This document shows, one piece after another, positions 36,222 through 44,611 of a stretch of 64,000 nt of DNA. The stretch lies in the IMG/VR virus record IMGVR_UViG_3300045988_122383, positions 24,896-88,895 of that record. One strand, given 5' to 3'. How positions within the stretch are numbered: the stretch's first letter is position 1; each line of letters begins with the position of its first letter. The translations under genes were made by a program, and so were the position numbers. Origin of the DNA: a virus. The notes under the pieces were generated by a model that worked only from the letters and a program-made list of their open reading frames with translations, did no database searches and had not been told where the DNA came from.

Positions 36222-36818
36222 TTACTCATTGATTACTTCAATCTGGCACATCTTCATTGCTTCGAGTGCATTCTTGTGACTCTCTGGTGTTACACCTGCA
36301 CAACACGATGCATCTACAAGAATCTTTGCCTCTGGCAACGTTGCTTTTAGCAACATTGCATTTGAGATTACACAAATATCTGTACAAAGACCAATTAAGG
36401 TAATTTCAACATCTTCTGGATGAGACCTACCATCTTCACCGAATTCATCAGAACAATCGTCCATAAGTTCTAATGACCCAAATGTTTCTTTACAATAGTT
36501 CTCAAGAAGCCAAATAGCATTTTCTTGCTTGTCATTGCGACAAAACATCTCTGACGATAATAATGCCTTTCTAACTTCTTCATTTAAATGCCACCCATCT
36601 TCTCCGCAGATGCAATGCTTTACTGGAAGATTCTTTCCTTCCTGTGTAGATAAATAATTTTCATCGTGTGTGTCCATTGTTGCAACAATAATGCCATCAA
36701 AATTTTTAATTTTCTCAATTACTTTGGGAACAATTTCCTGTGCTTCTTTGGTTCCAAGGCTTCCGTCGATAAAATCATTCTGCATATCGACGACAACCAA
36801 TAATTTATTAACGTCCAT
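36222..36818 (-). CDS. Isochorismatase-family cysteine hydrolase (nicotinamidase PncA-like).
   Basis: VVVDMQNDF ... conserved Lys ... GLCTDICV catalytic Cys pattern. The ORF is 198 aa. Confidence 0.6.
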   Translation of the reverse strand: MDVNKLLVVVDMQNDFIDGSLGTKEAQEIVPKVIEKIKNFDGIIVATMDTHDENYLSTQEGKNLPVKHCICGEDGWHLNEEVRKALLSSEMFCRNDKQENAIWLLENYCKETFGSLELMDDCSDEFGEDGRSHPEDVEITLIGLCTDICVISNAMLLKATLPEAKILVDASCCAGVTPESHKNALEAMKMCQIEVINE

Positions 36819-36849
36819 TGTTTTCTCCTTCCATTAAATTACTGTTTTA

Positions 36850-37317
36850 TTAATCAAATAATCCATACCCAAAGTGCTGTCTCAGTTCATCATTCCAACT
36901 ATTAATCGATTCAACTTTTGGCTCTTGGACAAGCTTATATCGAAAATCTTCAGGCATAGACAGTGCGATAAAATTCATAATAAGTTTTGCACAATCTTTC
37001 CTTTCTTCGATATAATACACGCCATCTTCTTTATAGAAATCAACCTCTTTAAAACACCCAGAATTATTTAAAATTTCAAATGCTGTTTCGCTCATTTCTG
37101 ATTCTTGATACTCTGTCCAAATCAGTCTCTCACTTCTATAACCAAGACCTAGACCCGTATAATCTTCATTGTAATTAAAAGCTACTCCTAGCTTTTTACA
37201 ACTGTCTTTATACGCTTGTCGAATTTTATGAATATCATAGTTACAATCAAATAAAAAACTTTCTGATATTTTATGCCCATCTTCCGACCAGTCGCCTAAT
37301 TCTAATTTATAAATCAT
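36850..37317 (-). CDS. Hypothetical protein.
   Basis: ORF of 155 aa. Confidence 0.45.
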   Translation of the reverse strand: MIYKLELGDWSEDGHKISESFLFDCNYDIHKIRQAYKDSCKKLGVAFNYNEDYTGLGLGYRSERLIWTEYQESEMSETAFEILNNSGCFKEVDFYKEDGVYYIEERKDCAKLIMNFIALSMPEDFRYKLVQEPKVESINSWNDELRQHFGYGLFD

Positions 37318-37337
37318 TCCAGTCTCCTTTCTTTAAG

Positions 37338-37367
37338 CACCCACCCGTCAAATTTGACGGGTGGGTG
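37338..37367. repeat. Perfect 30-bp GC-rich palindrome (stem-loop): CACCCACCCGTCAAATTTGACGGGTGGGTG.
   Basis: Read from the sequence. It lies in the 5' UTR directly before the ribosome-binding site of the 36850..37317 gene. It is a GC island in an AT-rich genome and lacks a U-tract on the minus strand. Confidence 0.5.
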
Positions 37368-37374
37368 TATTCTC

Positions 37375-37764
37375 TTAATCTTCTAACGAATCAATCATTG
37401 CACGTAATTCTGCTTCTGACATCTTCTCAATAGCCTCATCCTGTTTCTTGGAAAGAGCATCAATATATTTTCTCTGTGTCAGTTTCTTATTAATACGTTC
37501 CTTCTCAGCAAGTCTCTCATTACGTTTTGTTGTAAAGATATACTTCACAATACCAATCGCAGCCGTTAATCTTGGATCAACATTTGCATCATCCAACAGA
37601 CTTTCTTCTGAAGATTTAACTTCCTGATCTTTCAGATTTTTATAAACCACGTCTAAATCTTTATCAGATAAATCCCATAAATCTTCTACGGATAATTCTC
37701 CCTTTGTTGATGGGAATCTCATTTTGTTTCTAGTTGCCATTTCAAATAAGTTTTCTGTTGTCAT
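37375..37764 (-). CDS. Hypothetical protein.
   Basis: ORF of 129 aa. Confidence 0.45.
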   Translation of the reverse strand: MTTENLFEMATRNKMRFPSTKGELSVEDLWDLSDKDLDVVYKNLKDQEVKSSEESLLDDANVDPRLTAAIGIVKYIFTTKRNERLAEKERINKKLTQRKYIDALSKKQDEAIEKMSEAELRAMIDSLED

Positions 37765-37786
37765 AATTCAATCTCCTTTGTCTATA

Positions 37787-39856
37787 TTAAAATTTAATTT
37801 TAAAAACTCTTTCTGTTGCACCCTTGATTTTAACGATCACATCATCTCGTTTTGTAGAACTGAAACCAATTCCTGATAGCTGATTTGGGTCATCTGCGAC
37901 ATGCATCTTACTTCCTAAAGCCTCGAATACTCTCTTGTGCTGTACTAATTCCTGCTTCAAAAACTCATTGAAGAATCCATTTGGAGTATCTTCATTCACA
38001 CATCCGTTTAACATGAACAGATAATGTTTATGCCCAATACCTGTCTGTTCGTCCCAATAGTTAGGTGAATAACACATTACTGTTACTGGCACAAACTGAT
38101 TTGTATTGATACCCCAAATTTCTCTTGAAGATGTTGTTGATGGAAGTTTTTCTTTGATTGTGAACACACCATCTTTTAATGTAACTGTAGCTACTGGAAC
38201 ATCTTCGTTCTGACGTAAAGGCTTATCATATTCAAATTCATAAATCTGTCCATCAAATTCAATCTCTGCTGTAAATCCAGAAACTCCATTTCTATGAGCA
38301 AAATTTCTTACGAAAAATTCATATTCTCCGTCAACCATTTTGGATTTATCTGCCCATGTAATATTTTCTACGGCAGGCTCTCCTCTATGTGGATGAGTTA
38401 CATCAACATCAAGGCTTCCACCAGTTGCATAATCATGCATTGAAGCATAATAGATATGATGACGTGGAGTTCTGCAATGTGCATCAAAATCGTCCTGATT
38501 CCAATCTGTATTTGCATTCCACTGAATTGAGAATCTTAAAACTCCATCAACTGCACCACCTGCGTTCTTAACTCTTTCTTTCATTTCACTGTCTGTCATA
38601 TTTCCTGAATATGCCCAGCTGAAAGGATTACTCCACTTCATCATGTTCTTAGCATCTTTATTTACAGGTGCGATCAGTGAAACCATATTCTTCTTGTGAC
38701 GATTTTCAAACAGAACTTCTAATTCTTTTGCCGTTGGAAGTACATCTGATACGAATTTCTCTGCACTGATTTCTTCGACTTTAGAGAACTTCTTAGGATT
38801 TACTGCGACTTCCTTACTCATTTCATCAAAAATATCTAAGCCACCTTGAATACGTGGTGCTGCATCACGATTACAAAACAGAATATTGTTTACTGTAATA
38901 TCGTCAAGTCTTGCAAATCTACGCTGTAATGAATCCATATATCCTAAATCGGTTACAGTTTTCTTTGCATCCTCAAGCATCTTCTTTGTAAAGATTGCCT
39001 TTGGTCGTTTGTAATTCGCAGGAGCTACGACATTTTCATAGGCTTTTACTGCATTATCTAAGTCCATGCCTTCGCTGATATTCACAAGTAATGTACCGAT
39101 GCTATGATTTCTAATACGACCAATTACATCTCCGATGGTCATGGCTTTTGTCCATGTATATGTATCTTTTTCTTCATCGGATAAACCATTGTATTCTCGC
39201 TGATATTTTCTAAAGTCCTTTAAGACTCTTTCCCACTCCTGTCCTCTATAAAGAGTATTTGAAGCGATCAGCTCTAACACTGTATCAACAGCTTCTTCTG
39301 TGATTTCATCAAGTGATCTTTTAAACACATTCTTTCGATCTCTCACTTTTGCTTTTGCTGTAGGAATATCGGATTTTCTTTCTAGTAATCTCTCTGGAAT
39401 CGGTGTATACATATGAGTCCATTTGATAATCTGCTTATCTTCTGTATACTCATTTGTGGTTTTTGTACCAACTGTATTTGTAAAATGTCTCCAAATATCT
39501 TTGATCGGCTTTGATTCTACATATGTTCGTAAAGCATCAACTACTGGCTGAAATACGGCATCCTCAGTATCAATTTCCCAAATTGTATGAATCTTGCCGT
39601 CAACAATTGCCACAGCTCCACCGATTGTTTTAATAAAGTTACGGCAATGACCACAGTCATATTCTCGTCGCTTGCGATACATCTTATTAGTTCCTTCAGG
39701 AAAACTGCTCAGATATACTTCCCACAGCACATCTTTATCAATATCAGTTTCATACAATGTAGAATTGTTTTTCTCTACATAGTCGAGCATCTTATTTAAA
39801 CGCTCTGACAATTTGTTTAAAAAATTGCTCCAGTTTTCATTCATTGGTGTGCACAT
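37787..39856 (-). CDS. Large hypothetical protein (689 aa).
   Basis: Long ORF with no motif I can name. It contains YDCGHC and His-rich stretches. Confidence 0.5.
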   Translation of the reverse strand: MCTPMNENWSNFLNKLSERLNKMLDYVEKNNSTLYETDIDKDVLWEVYLSSFPEGTNKMYRKRREYDCGHCRNFIKTIGGAVAIVDGKIHTIWEIDTEDAVFQPVVDALRTYVESKPIKDIWRHFTNTVGTKTTNEYTEDKQIIKWTHMYTPIPERLLERKSDIPTAKAKVRDRKNVFKRSLDEITEEAVDTVLELIASNTLYRGQEWERVLKDFRKYQREYNGLSDEEKDTYTWTKAMTIGDVIGRIRNHSIGTLLVNISEGMDLDNAVKAYENVVAPANYKRPKAIFTKKMLEDAKKTVTDLGYMDSLQRRFARLDDITVNNILFCNRDAAPRIQGGLDIFDEMSKEVAVNPKKFSKVEEISAEKFVSDVLPTAKELEVLFENRHKKNMVSLIAPVNKDAKNMMKWSNPFSWAYSGNMTDSEMKERVKNAGGAVDGVLRFSIQWNANTDWNQDDFDAHCRTPRHHIYYASMHDYATGGSLDVDVTHPHRGEPAVENITWADKSKMVDGEYEFFVRNFAHRNGVSGFTAEIEFDGQIYEFEYDKPLRQNEDVPVATVTLKDGVFTIKEKLPSTTSSREIWGINTNQFVPVTVMCYSPNYWDEQTGIGHKHYLFMLNGCVNEDTPNGFFNEFLKQELVQHKRVFEALGSKMHVADDPNQLSGIGFSSTKRDDVIVKIKGATERVFKIKF

Positions 39857-39878
39857 AATTTATCTCCTTTTCATTTTG

Positions 39879-41219
39879 TTATTTAATTGCTACGAAGATT
39901 TCATAACTCTTATTGTCATTGATATAAATTTCTTTGCCCTTGAGTTCTGGGAAATACTTCTTAGCAAGTTTCTTAAATTCCTTAATCTTTTGACCATTCT
40001 CGTCCTCATATGATTCTTTAAGTGGATCAAACATTAATTCTTCTTTCTTTACGACAAAGAATTTTGCATGAGGTAAACCTTTGCGTTCCTCTTCTCTGTG
40101 CTTATCATTCTCGATGATCTCTTCCAGTTTGCATAAATTTTCTGTCACTTCAATGCAGCTACTTGGATATTTCACATATTTGTTTGTCCAAAAATCAACT
40201 GCATCATGAGCACCTGCGTTACCAAACAGGTATTTTAATACACAAGTCTTGAAACCTTCTTCTCTGTTAAATCTGTCGAATCTGCTTGTATAAGCAACAG
40301 TTTCAGTACCACAGTTCCAAACCACCTTAACCATACCTCTGTAAAATTTAGCCTTAGTTACTGGTTTACCACCTCTTTCGAGTGGCTTACCATTACTATC
40401 TAAAACAGGTTCCCTAACTGTCATCTCTTTGTCTACATAAATAACTTTTTTGATTTTGTCTTTTAATTTTTCTGTATTCATATCTTTCTCCTCTTCGTTT
40501 CCTGTAAGTTCACTCATGATTTCATCCAATTTTTCTGACGCAAATGTTAAAGTTGCACTCATTTCACCATTCCAATCAATATGTGTTGGTGCATAAGGAC
40601 TCAACCCACGGTCGTCATGTATCATCCATGATTTCCCTGTGGTTGAAAGCTCACCAGCCTCATTCTTTATTGGTTCTGACGTTGCAGTAATTGGTTTTTG
40701 TTGATAGTGTGACAGAGCAGACACTCTTCTTTCTGAAAGTGACGGTAGGGTTAATGTATTAACCTTTATTTTGTCGGCTGAAATCGTACCTGTCTTAATC
40801 TCAATATCTTCATTCATTGTTTCTTTTCTTGTAATTCTTCTGATTATAATAGTTGCCTCTGTCGACTTTATACTTTGTAGTCTATATCGCAGTTTTTCAT
40901 ACCAATATGGAACAATAATATTTACTTTACCATCTCTATACACATCCATTTCAATCGACTCAGCATCATCAAATGTAATATCGTGCCAAGGTTGCGTTGT
41001 TTTAGCAACTTTGGTATGTGGCTTTATCATATAAGTTTCGGTTATTGGAAGATCTCCTTTGAATTCTACTGTTTCAATTTTAAACATCGCATATACATCA
41101 TTATTCTCTACCTCAACAACATCTCCTACATTAAATGGCGCCATACCATCTCGTGGATTATATTTAACTTCTTTACCATTCATACAGCGTACCCAAACGC
41201 CCGTTTTATTTTCATCCAT
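39879..41219 (-). CDS. Large hypothetical protein (446 aa).
   Basis: Long ORF with no recognizable motif. Confidence 0.5.
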   Translation of the reverse strand: MDENKTGVWVRCMNGKEVKYNPRDGMAPFNVGDVVEVENNDVYAMFKIETVEFKGDLPITETYMIKPHTKVAKTTQPWHDITFDDAESIEMDVYRDGKVNIIVPYWYEKLRYRLQSIKSTEATIIIRRITRKETMNEDIEIKTGTISADKIKVNTLTLPSLSERRVSALSHYQQKPITATSEPIKNEAGELSTTGKSWMIHDDRGLSPYAPTHIDWNGEMSATLTFASEKLDEIMSELTGNEEEKDMNTEKLKDKIKKVIYVDKEMTVREPVLDSNGKPLERGGKPVTKAKFYRGMVKVVWNCGTETVAYTSRFDRFNREEGFKTCVLKYLFGNAGAHDAVDFWTNKYVKYPSSCIEVTENLCKLEEIIENDKHREEERKGLPHAKFFVVKKEELMFDPLKESYEDENGQKIKEFKKLAKKYFPELKGKEIYINDNKSYEIFVAIK

Positions 41220-41414
41220 ATAATTCTCCTCTCTAATGTATCAATTTGTTACTTTACATTTTCACGGTATTGATATTCATCGACACTCAATACCTGCGTA
41301 CCCATCTCTAGTACCAAGACGGTACTGGAATTTATCTCCTTTCTAACATAATATTTACATTTTAATTTTGCACAAATGCCTGTGCGAGTCATTACATATA
41401 ATAAGGAAGAAACT

Positions 41415-42065
41415 CTACCCAATTATATTCTGGATAAGCTCATAATACTTTGTCCTGCCGACATACGACTTATGTTCTGCATCTTTTAATTCTTTCTTCA
41501 AAGTACATATATCTTTCTGATTATCCATGCAATTCTGCATCACTTCTATGTATCGAATACAATTCTTGATCTTTCTATGCAATTCTTGTAAGGTTTTAAG
41601 ATACCCAACAATCACTGCACGTTTCGCAGCATCAATCTTTTTAAACTCAATCGCATGAAGAATATCACTTCTGGCAGAATCGGCATATGATAATGCCTGT
41701 TCTAATTCAAACTTCTTTTCTCCTAATTGATCTGAGTCATATGCTAGAAGTCCTACTATAGCTCTTTCCTCAGTCTCTATATTGTCGATCAATGTATTAT
41801 CACATTCCCAATCCATAAAGCAATTTCCATTACCTTTACGCATTATTTCACTAGATTCCATAGGTTTTCCAACTTTACCTAGCTCAATTTCTCTGGCATG
41901 AAATCCGTCTTTCATCCACGTATATTTATGCTTCAAACCTAAAATGTGCTTTGCTTGCTTAGAGGTAAATTGAGTAGCTTCAGACTTACGATTATCACGA
42001 ACGTATTTATTTCTTGCATGATCTCTTTTCACATAGAACTCTCCATTCGTAATTATGTATTTCAT
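41415..42065 (-). CDS. Hypothetical protein.
   Basis: ORF of 216 aa. Confidence 0.45.
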   Translation of the reverse strand: MKYIITNGEFYVKRDHARNKYVRDNRKSEATQFTSKQAKHILGLKHKYTWMKDGFHAREIELGKVGKPMESSEIMRKGNGNCFMDWECDNTLIDNIETEERAIVGLLAYDSDQLGEKKFELEQALSYADSARSDILHAIEFKKIDAAKRAVIVGYLKTLQELHRKIKNCIRYIEVMQNCMDNQKDICTLKKELKDAEHKSYVGRTKYYELIQNIIG

Positions 42066-42111
42066 ACATCACTCCTGTATTTAATTGTAGTTTTTTGGAA
42101 AAATTTTCATG

Positions 42112-42140
42112 TTGACGAACATGTTTAGAATTGTTATAAT
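42112..42140 (+). promoter_or_regulatory. Near-consensus sigma-70 promoter on the plus strand: TTGACG, 17-nt spacer, TG-extended TATAAT.
   Basis: Read from the sequence. It lies in the intergenic region between two minus-strand genes and points away from any plus-strand ORF. Confidence 0.45.
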
Positions 42141-42146
42141 GATTTT

Positions 42147-42243
42147 AAGGATAATAATATCCTTATCTATTAAACAATTCTAAATATCAAATTCGATTTT
42201 CTATCGTGCTGCCAACACGGTAGATTCAAAAAATCTTTTTTTG
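42147..42243 (+). ncRNA. Candidate small RNA of about 95 nt transcribed from the orphan plus-strand promoter.
   Basis: The predicted start is followed by hairpin AAGGATA-ATAA-TATCCTT and hairpin TCTATCGTG-ctgccaa-CACGGTAGA, then ...AAAAAATCTTTTTTT. It contains no ATG. This is an inference only. Confidence 0.3.
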
Positions 42244-42258
42244 TTATCTATGATTTGT

Positions 42259-42624
42259 TTAGTTGAAATTTTTAGTTTGTGTGAAAGTAGAAGTTTTACC
42301 AAAGACTTCTGCTTTCTTTTTTATTGTCTGTATTTTTATTCCAACATTGTATCTCTCTTTGTATGTAAATTGCAGGCATTTGATTATGTCAAATATGTCG
42401 TCCTGCCTAATATGAGAGAACAAATTCTCATCTTGAATAAATTCGATCCAATGATATGAAAGATCTTTATCTTTGCCATAGATCTTCATCTTTCTATCAT
42501 CTGCTCGAATCTTATATTCACTCAGAAACCACGATGACATTTCTGATGAGTGTAAATCAAGTACATCAATATGCATTTGATTTGATTGATTCGCTACCAA
42601 TGTTTTTAATATTTGATTGTCCAT
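42259..42624 (-). CDS. Hypothetical protein.
   Basis: ORF of 121 aa; last gene of the operon that begins with the MazF-like gene. Confidence 0.45.
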   Translation of the reverse strand: MDNQILKTLVANQSNQMHIDVLDLHSSEMSSWFLSEYKIRADDRKMKIYGKDKDLSYHWIEFIQDENLFSHIRQDDIFDIIKCLQFTYKERYNVGIKIQTIKKKAEVFGKTSTFTQTKNFN

Positions 42625-42638
42625 ACATATACCTTCCT

Positions 42639-43667
42639 TTATTCTGTCATAATTTGATGTACACGATAATTCTTATAGTCCTCATCTTTATATAAATAAC
42701 CAATAGTTTTACCAATTACAGTTTGACGATCACTAAATTGTTTCTTTTTTAATCTATATGATATATAATAATTATAATAAAATTCAATTGCAATTTCACT
42801 AAATTGACGTGCGATTATAGATCGTGCGATTCCTTCTTTTGATTTAATATAATATAAATCTGCAATTGCCTTGATATCCATTTTAGATTTTAAATATTGT
42901 ATAAAACCAGAATTAATAACATCAATGGTTGTCAATTTCTCATAAGATAAAGTGTTACCAGTTAATTCTAATTGAGACTGCACATTGTTATATATCCTCT
43001 TTTGCTCTGCTTGATATTCTTCTATATTATTACATTTTTTTCGTGGTATTAATACAAAATCATCATATATATTCGTATCTCCCATTTTCAATTTATATTC
43101 ATTCAATGTCTCGATAAAATCTTTGGAGACTGGTTTCCCAAAAATTGTTAAATCATTTTGATTAATATCTGAGAATTTTAGATTTCTTAACTCCTTTCCA
43201 TTTATCCCATTATATAAACTCACAATATGAAATCTAGTATTCAATTTGGTATCGGCTGATGCATTGCACGACATCAGATTCGAAATAAACGCATTTATTT
43301 TATCTGGTGTAACATAATTAACATTAACTCTATTTGAAAAATATATATCAACTGCTAATTGCAAGTTTATAAATTTATCATTAACAAATGGATTATATTT
43401 AATGTAATTTTGTTCATATGCATAAGTATATAGTTTAACGAGCTGGTCATATCTTTTTTTAATAGAATTCATACTTTTGGTTTTTTTACCTCTAGTATCT
43501 GATAATATAGCCTCTTGGATTGTACCTGGTGCATACGTTAACCCAGATTCATTGTCGTCCGCAATATCAGAATCTAACAACCAATTCCATGTTGGGCGAC
43601 GTGATTCTGATACGTGAGAATCTATATAATTTTGTATCAATTCTTTATTATTCATAATATTCTCCAT
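42639..43667 (-). CDS. Hypothetical protein.
   Basis: ORF of 342 aa. Confidence 0.45.
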   Translation of the reverse strand: MENIMNNKELIQNYIDSHVSESRRPTWNWLLDSDIADDNESGLTYAPGTIQEAILSDTRGKKTKSMNSIKKRYDQLVKLYTYAYEQNYIKYNPFVNDKFINLQLAVDIYFSNRVNVNYVTPDKINAFISNLMSCNASADTKLNTRFHIVSLYNGINGKELRNLKFSDINQNDLTIFGKPVSKDFIETLNEYKLKMGDTNIYDDFVLIPRKKCNNIEEYQAEQKRIYNNVQSQLELTGNTLSYEKLTTIDVINSGFIQYLKSKMDIKAIADLYYIKSKEGIARSIIARQFSEIAIEFYYNYYISYRLKKKQFSDRQTVIGKTIGYLYKDEDYKNYRVHQIMTE

Positions 43668-43669
43668 TT

Positions 43670-44119
43670 CTAGGATGCCATTGCATTCATGTACGATAAC
43701 ATGCCGTTTTGTATTAAAATGCCATGTCCTATTTTTAACATTAAAGATAGATCAGATATTCTTCCCCAATACTCTAAAAGATTATTCTTTGGAATTGTTC
43801 TTCCTTGCTCTAAATACACCTGTGATACCATTTTTAATCCATTACTGGTATTTGGATAAATGGTTACATGTGTCGGTATCCAGTTCCTTAATTTTTTTGT
43901 AATTGGATACACGTTAATCTCTGTGCTCGTATTATTACAAATATTATTAGAATATACGATGACTGGTCTTTTCCCATGCAAGATATGACTACCTTCAATT
44001 TTCGGCAAATCTGCAAAATATATTCCCCAAACTTGAGGATTTTGATATTTGCCATATACATATTCTTTTCTTTTTCTGTTATCGTTTCCTTTTCTTTCTT
44101 TGTTAGTATATCCGTTCAT
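43670..44119 (-). CDS. MazF/PemK/EndoA-family endoribonuclease (toxin-like mRNA interferase).
   Basis: VWGIYFADLPKIEGSHILHGKRPVIVYSNN...VYPITKKLRNWIPTHVTI...SQVYLEQGRTIPKNNL aligns block-for-block with Bacillus EndoA (VYFADLSPVVGSEQGGVRPVLV...KLPTHVEI...LEQIRTIDK). The start was moved to ATG 44119, which has a GAGGGA ribosome-binding site. There is no upstream antitoxin ORF. Confidence 0.7.
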   Translation of the reverse strand: MNGYTNKERKGNDNRKRKEYVYGKYQNPQVWGIYFADLPKIEGSHILHGKRPVIVYSNNICNNTSTEINVYPITKKLRNWIPTHVTIYPNTSNGLKMVSQVYLEQGRTIPKNNLLEYWGRISDLSLMLKIGHGILIQNGMLSYMNAMAS

Positions 44120-44169
44120 TTTTACGTCCCTCAACTTTCCCCAGTTGCATTTTTTGTTTTCATGAATTA

Positions 44170-44207
44170 AATATACCATACTTTTTGCACCCTGTCAATA
44201 GGTGCAA
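44170..44207 (-). promoter_or_regulatory. Promoter-operator copy 2: -35 TTGACA, 17-nt spacer, -10 TATATT, with the -35 inside the same TTGCACC-N9-GGTGCAA palindrome.
   Basis: About 60 bp are near-identical to 2570..2628, including an A/T-rich block upstream of the -35. Confidence 0.5.
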
Positions 44208-44279
44208 GAAAGAAAGTTAATTTTTGTTGTGAACAAAGAATCTCTACATTTCTTATTATAATGCTACCATAGAACAAAA

Positions 44280-44600
44280 TCAAGATATTTTTCGAACAGA
44301 TGTTCTCTTTTTGTTCGAACACTTTACTTTGTGCTTACTTGGAAGGGGGAAATACTGTCTAACTTTATGAGGCTTATCCAGTTTCCATTTCTTTTCTTCA
44401 AAATCATAGTCACAAAAATCAAGCACTTCGTCCACACATCCATCATTATATTTGTAATCCACAATAACAGGATATGTTTTATACCTCATGTAACGTGATG
44501 CATTATCTGGTTTTAATGGTGGAATCTCTGCTGAAATCCACATAAGATTCTGGTTTGCTTTCTTTTCTTCCTTATTTTGTCTAATCGTATTTATCTTCAT
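44280..44600 (-). CDS. Hypothetical protein.
   Basis: ORF of 106 aa. Confidence 0.45.
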   Translation of the reverse strand: MKINTIRQNKEEKKANQNLMWISAEIPPLKPDNASRYMRYKTYPVIVDYKYNDGCVDEVLDFCDYDFEEKKWKLDKPHKVRQYFPLPSKHKVKCSNKKRTSVRKIS

Positions 44601-44611
44601 ACAAAATTCTC

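Noticed and set aside
42241-42459. 72-aa plus-strand ORF downstream of the orphan promoter.
   Set aside because: It starts well past the predicted hairpin/terminator and is antisense to a real minus-strand gene. It is Leu/Phe-rich with no ribosome-binding site.
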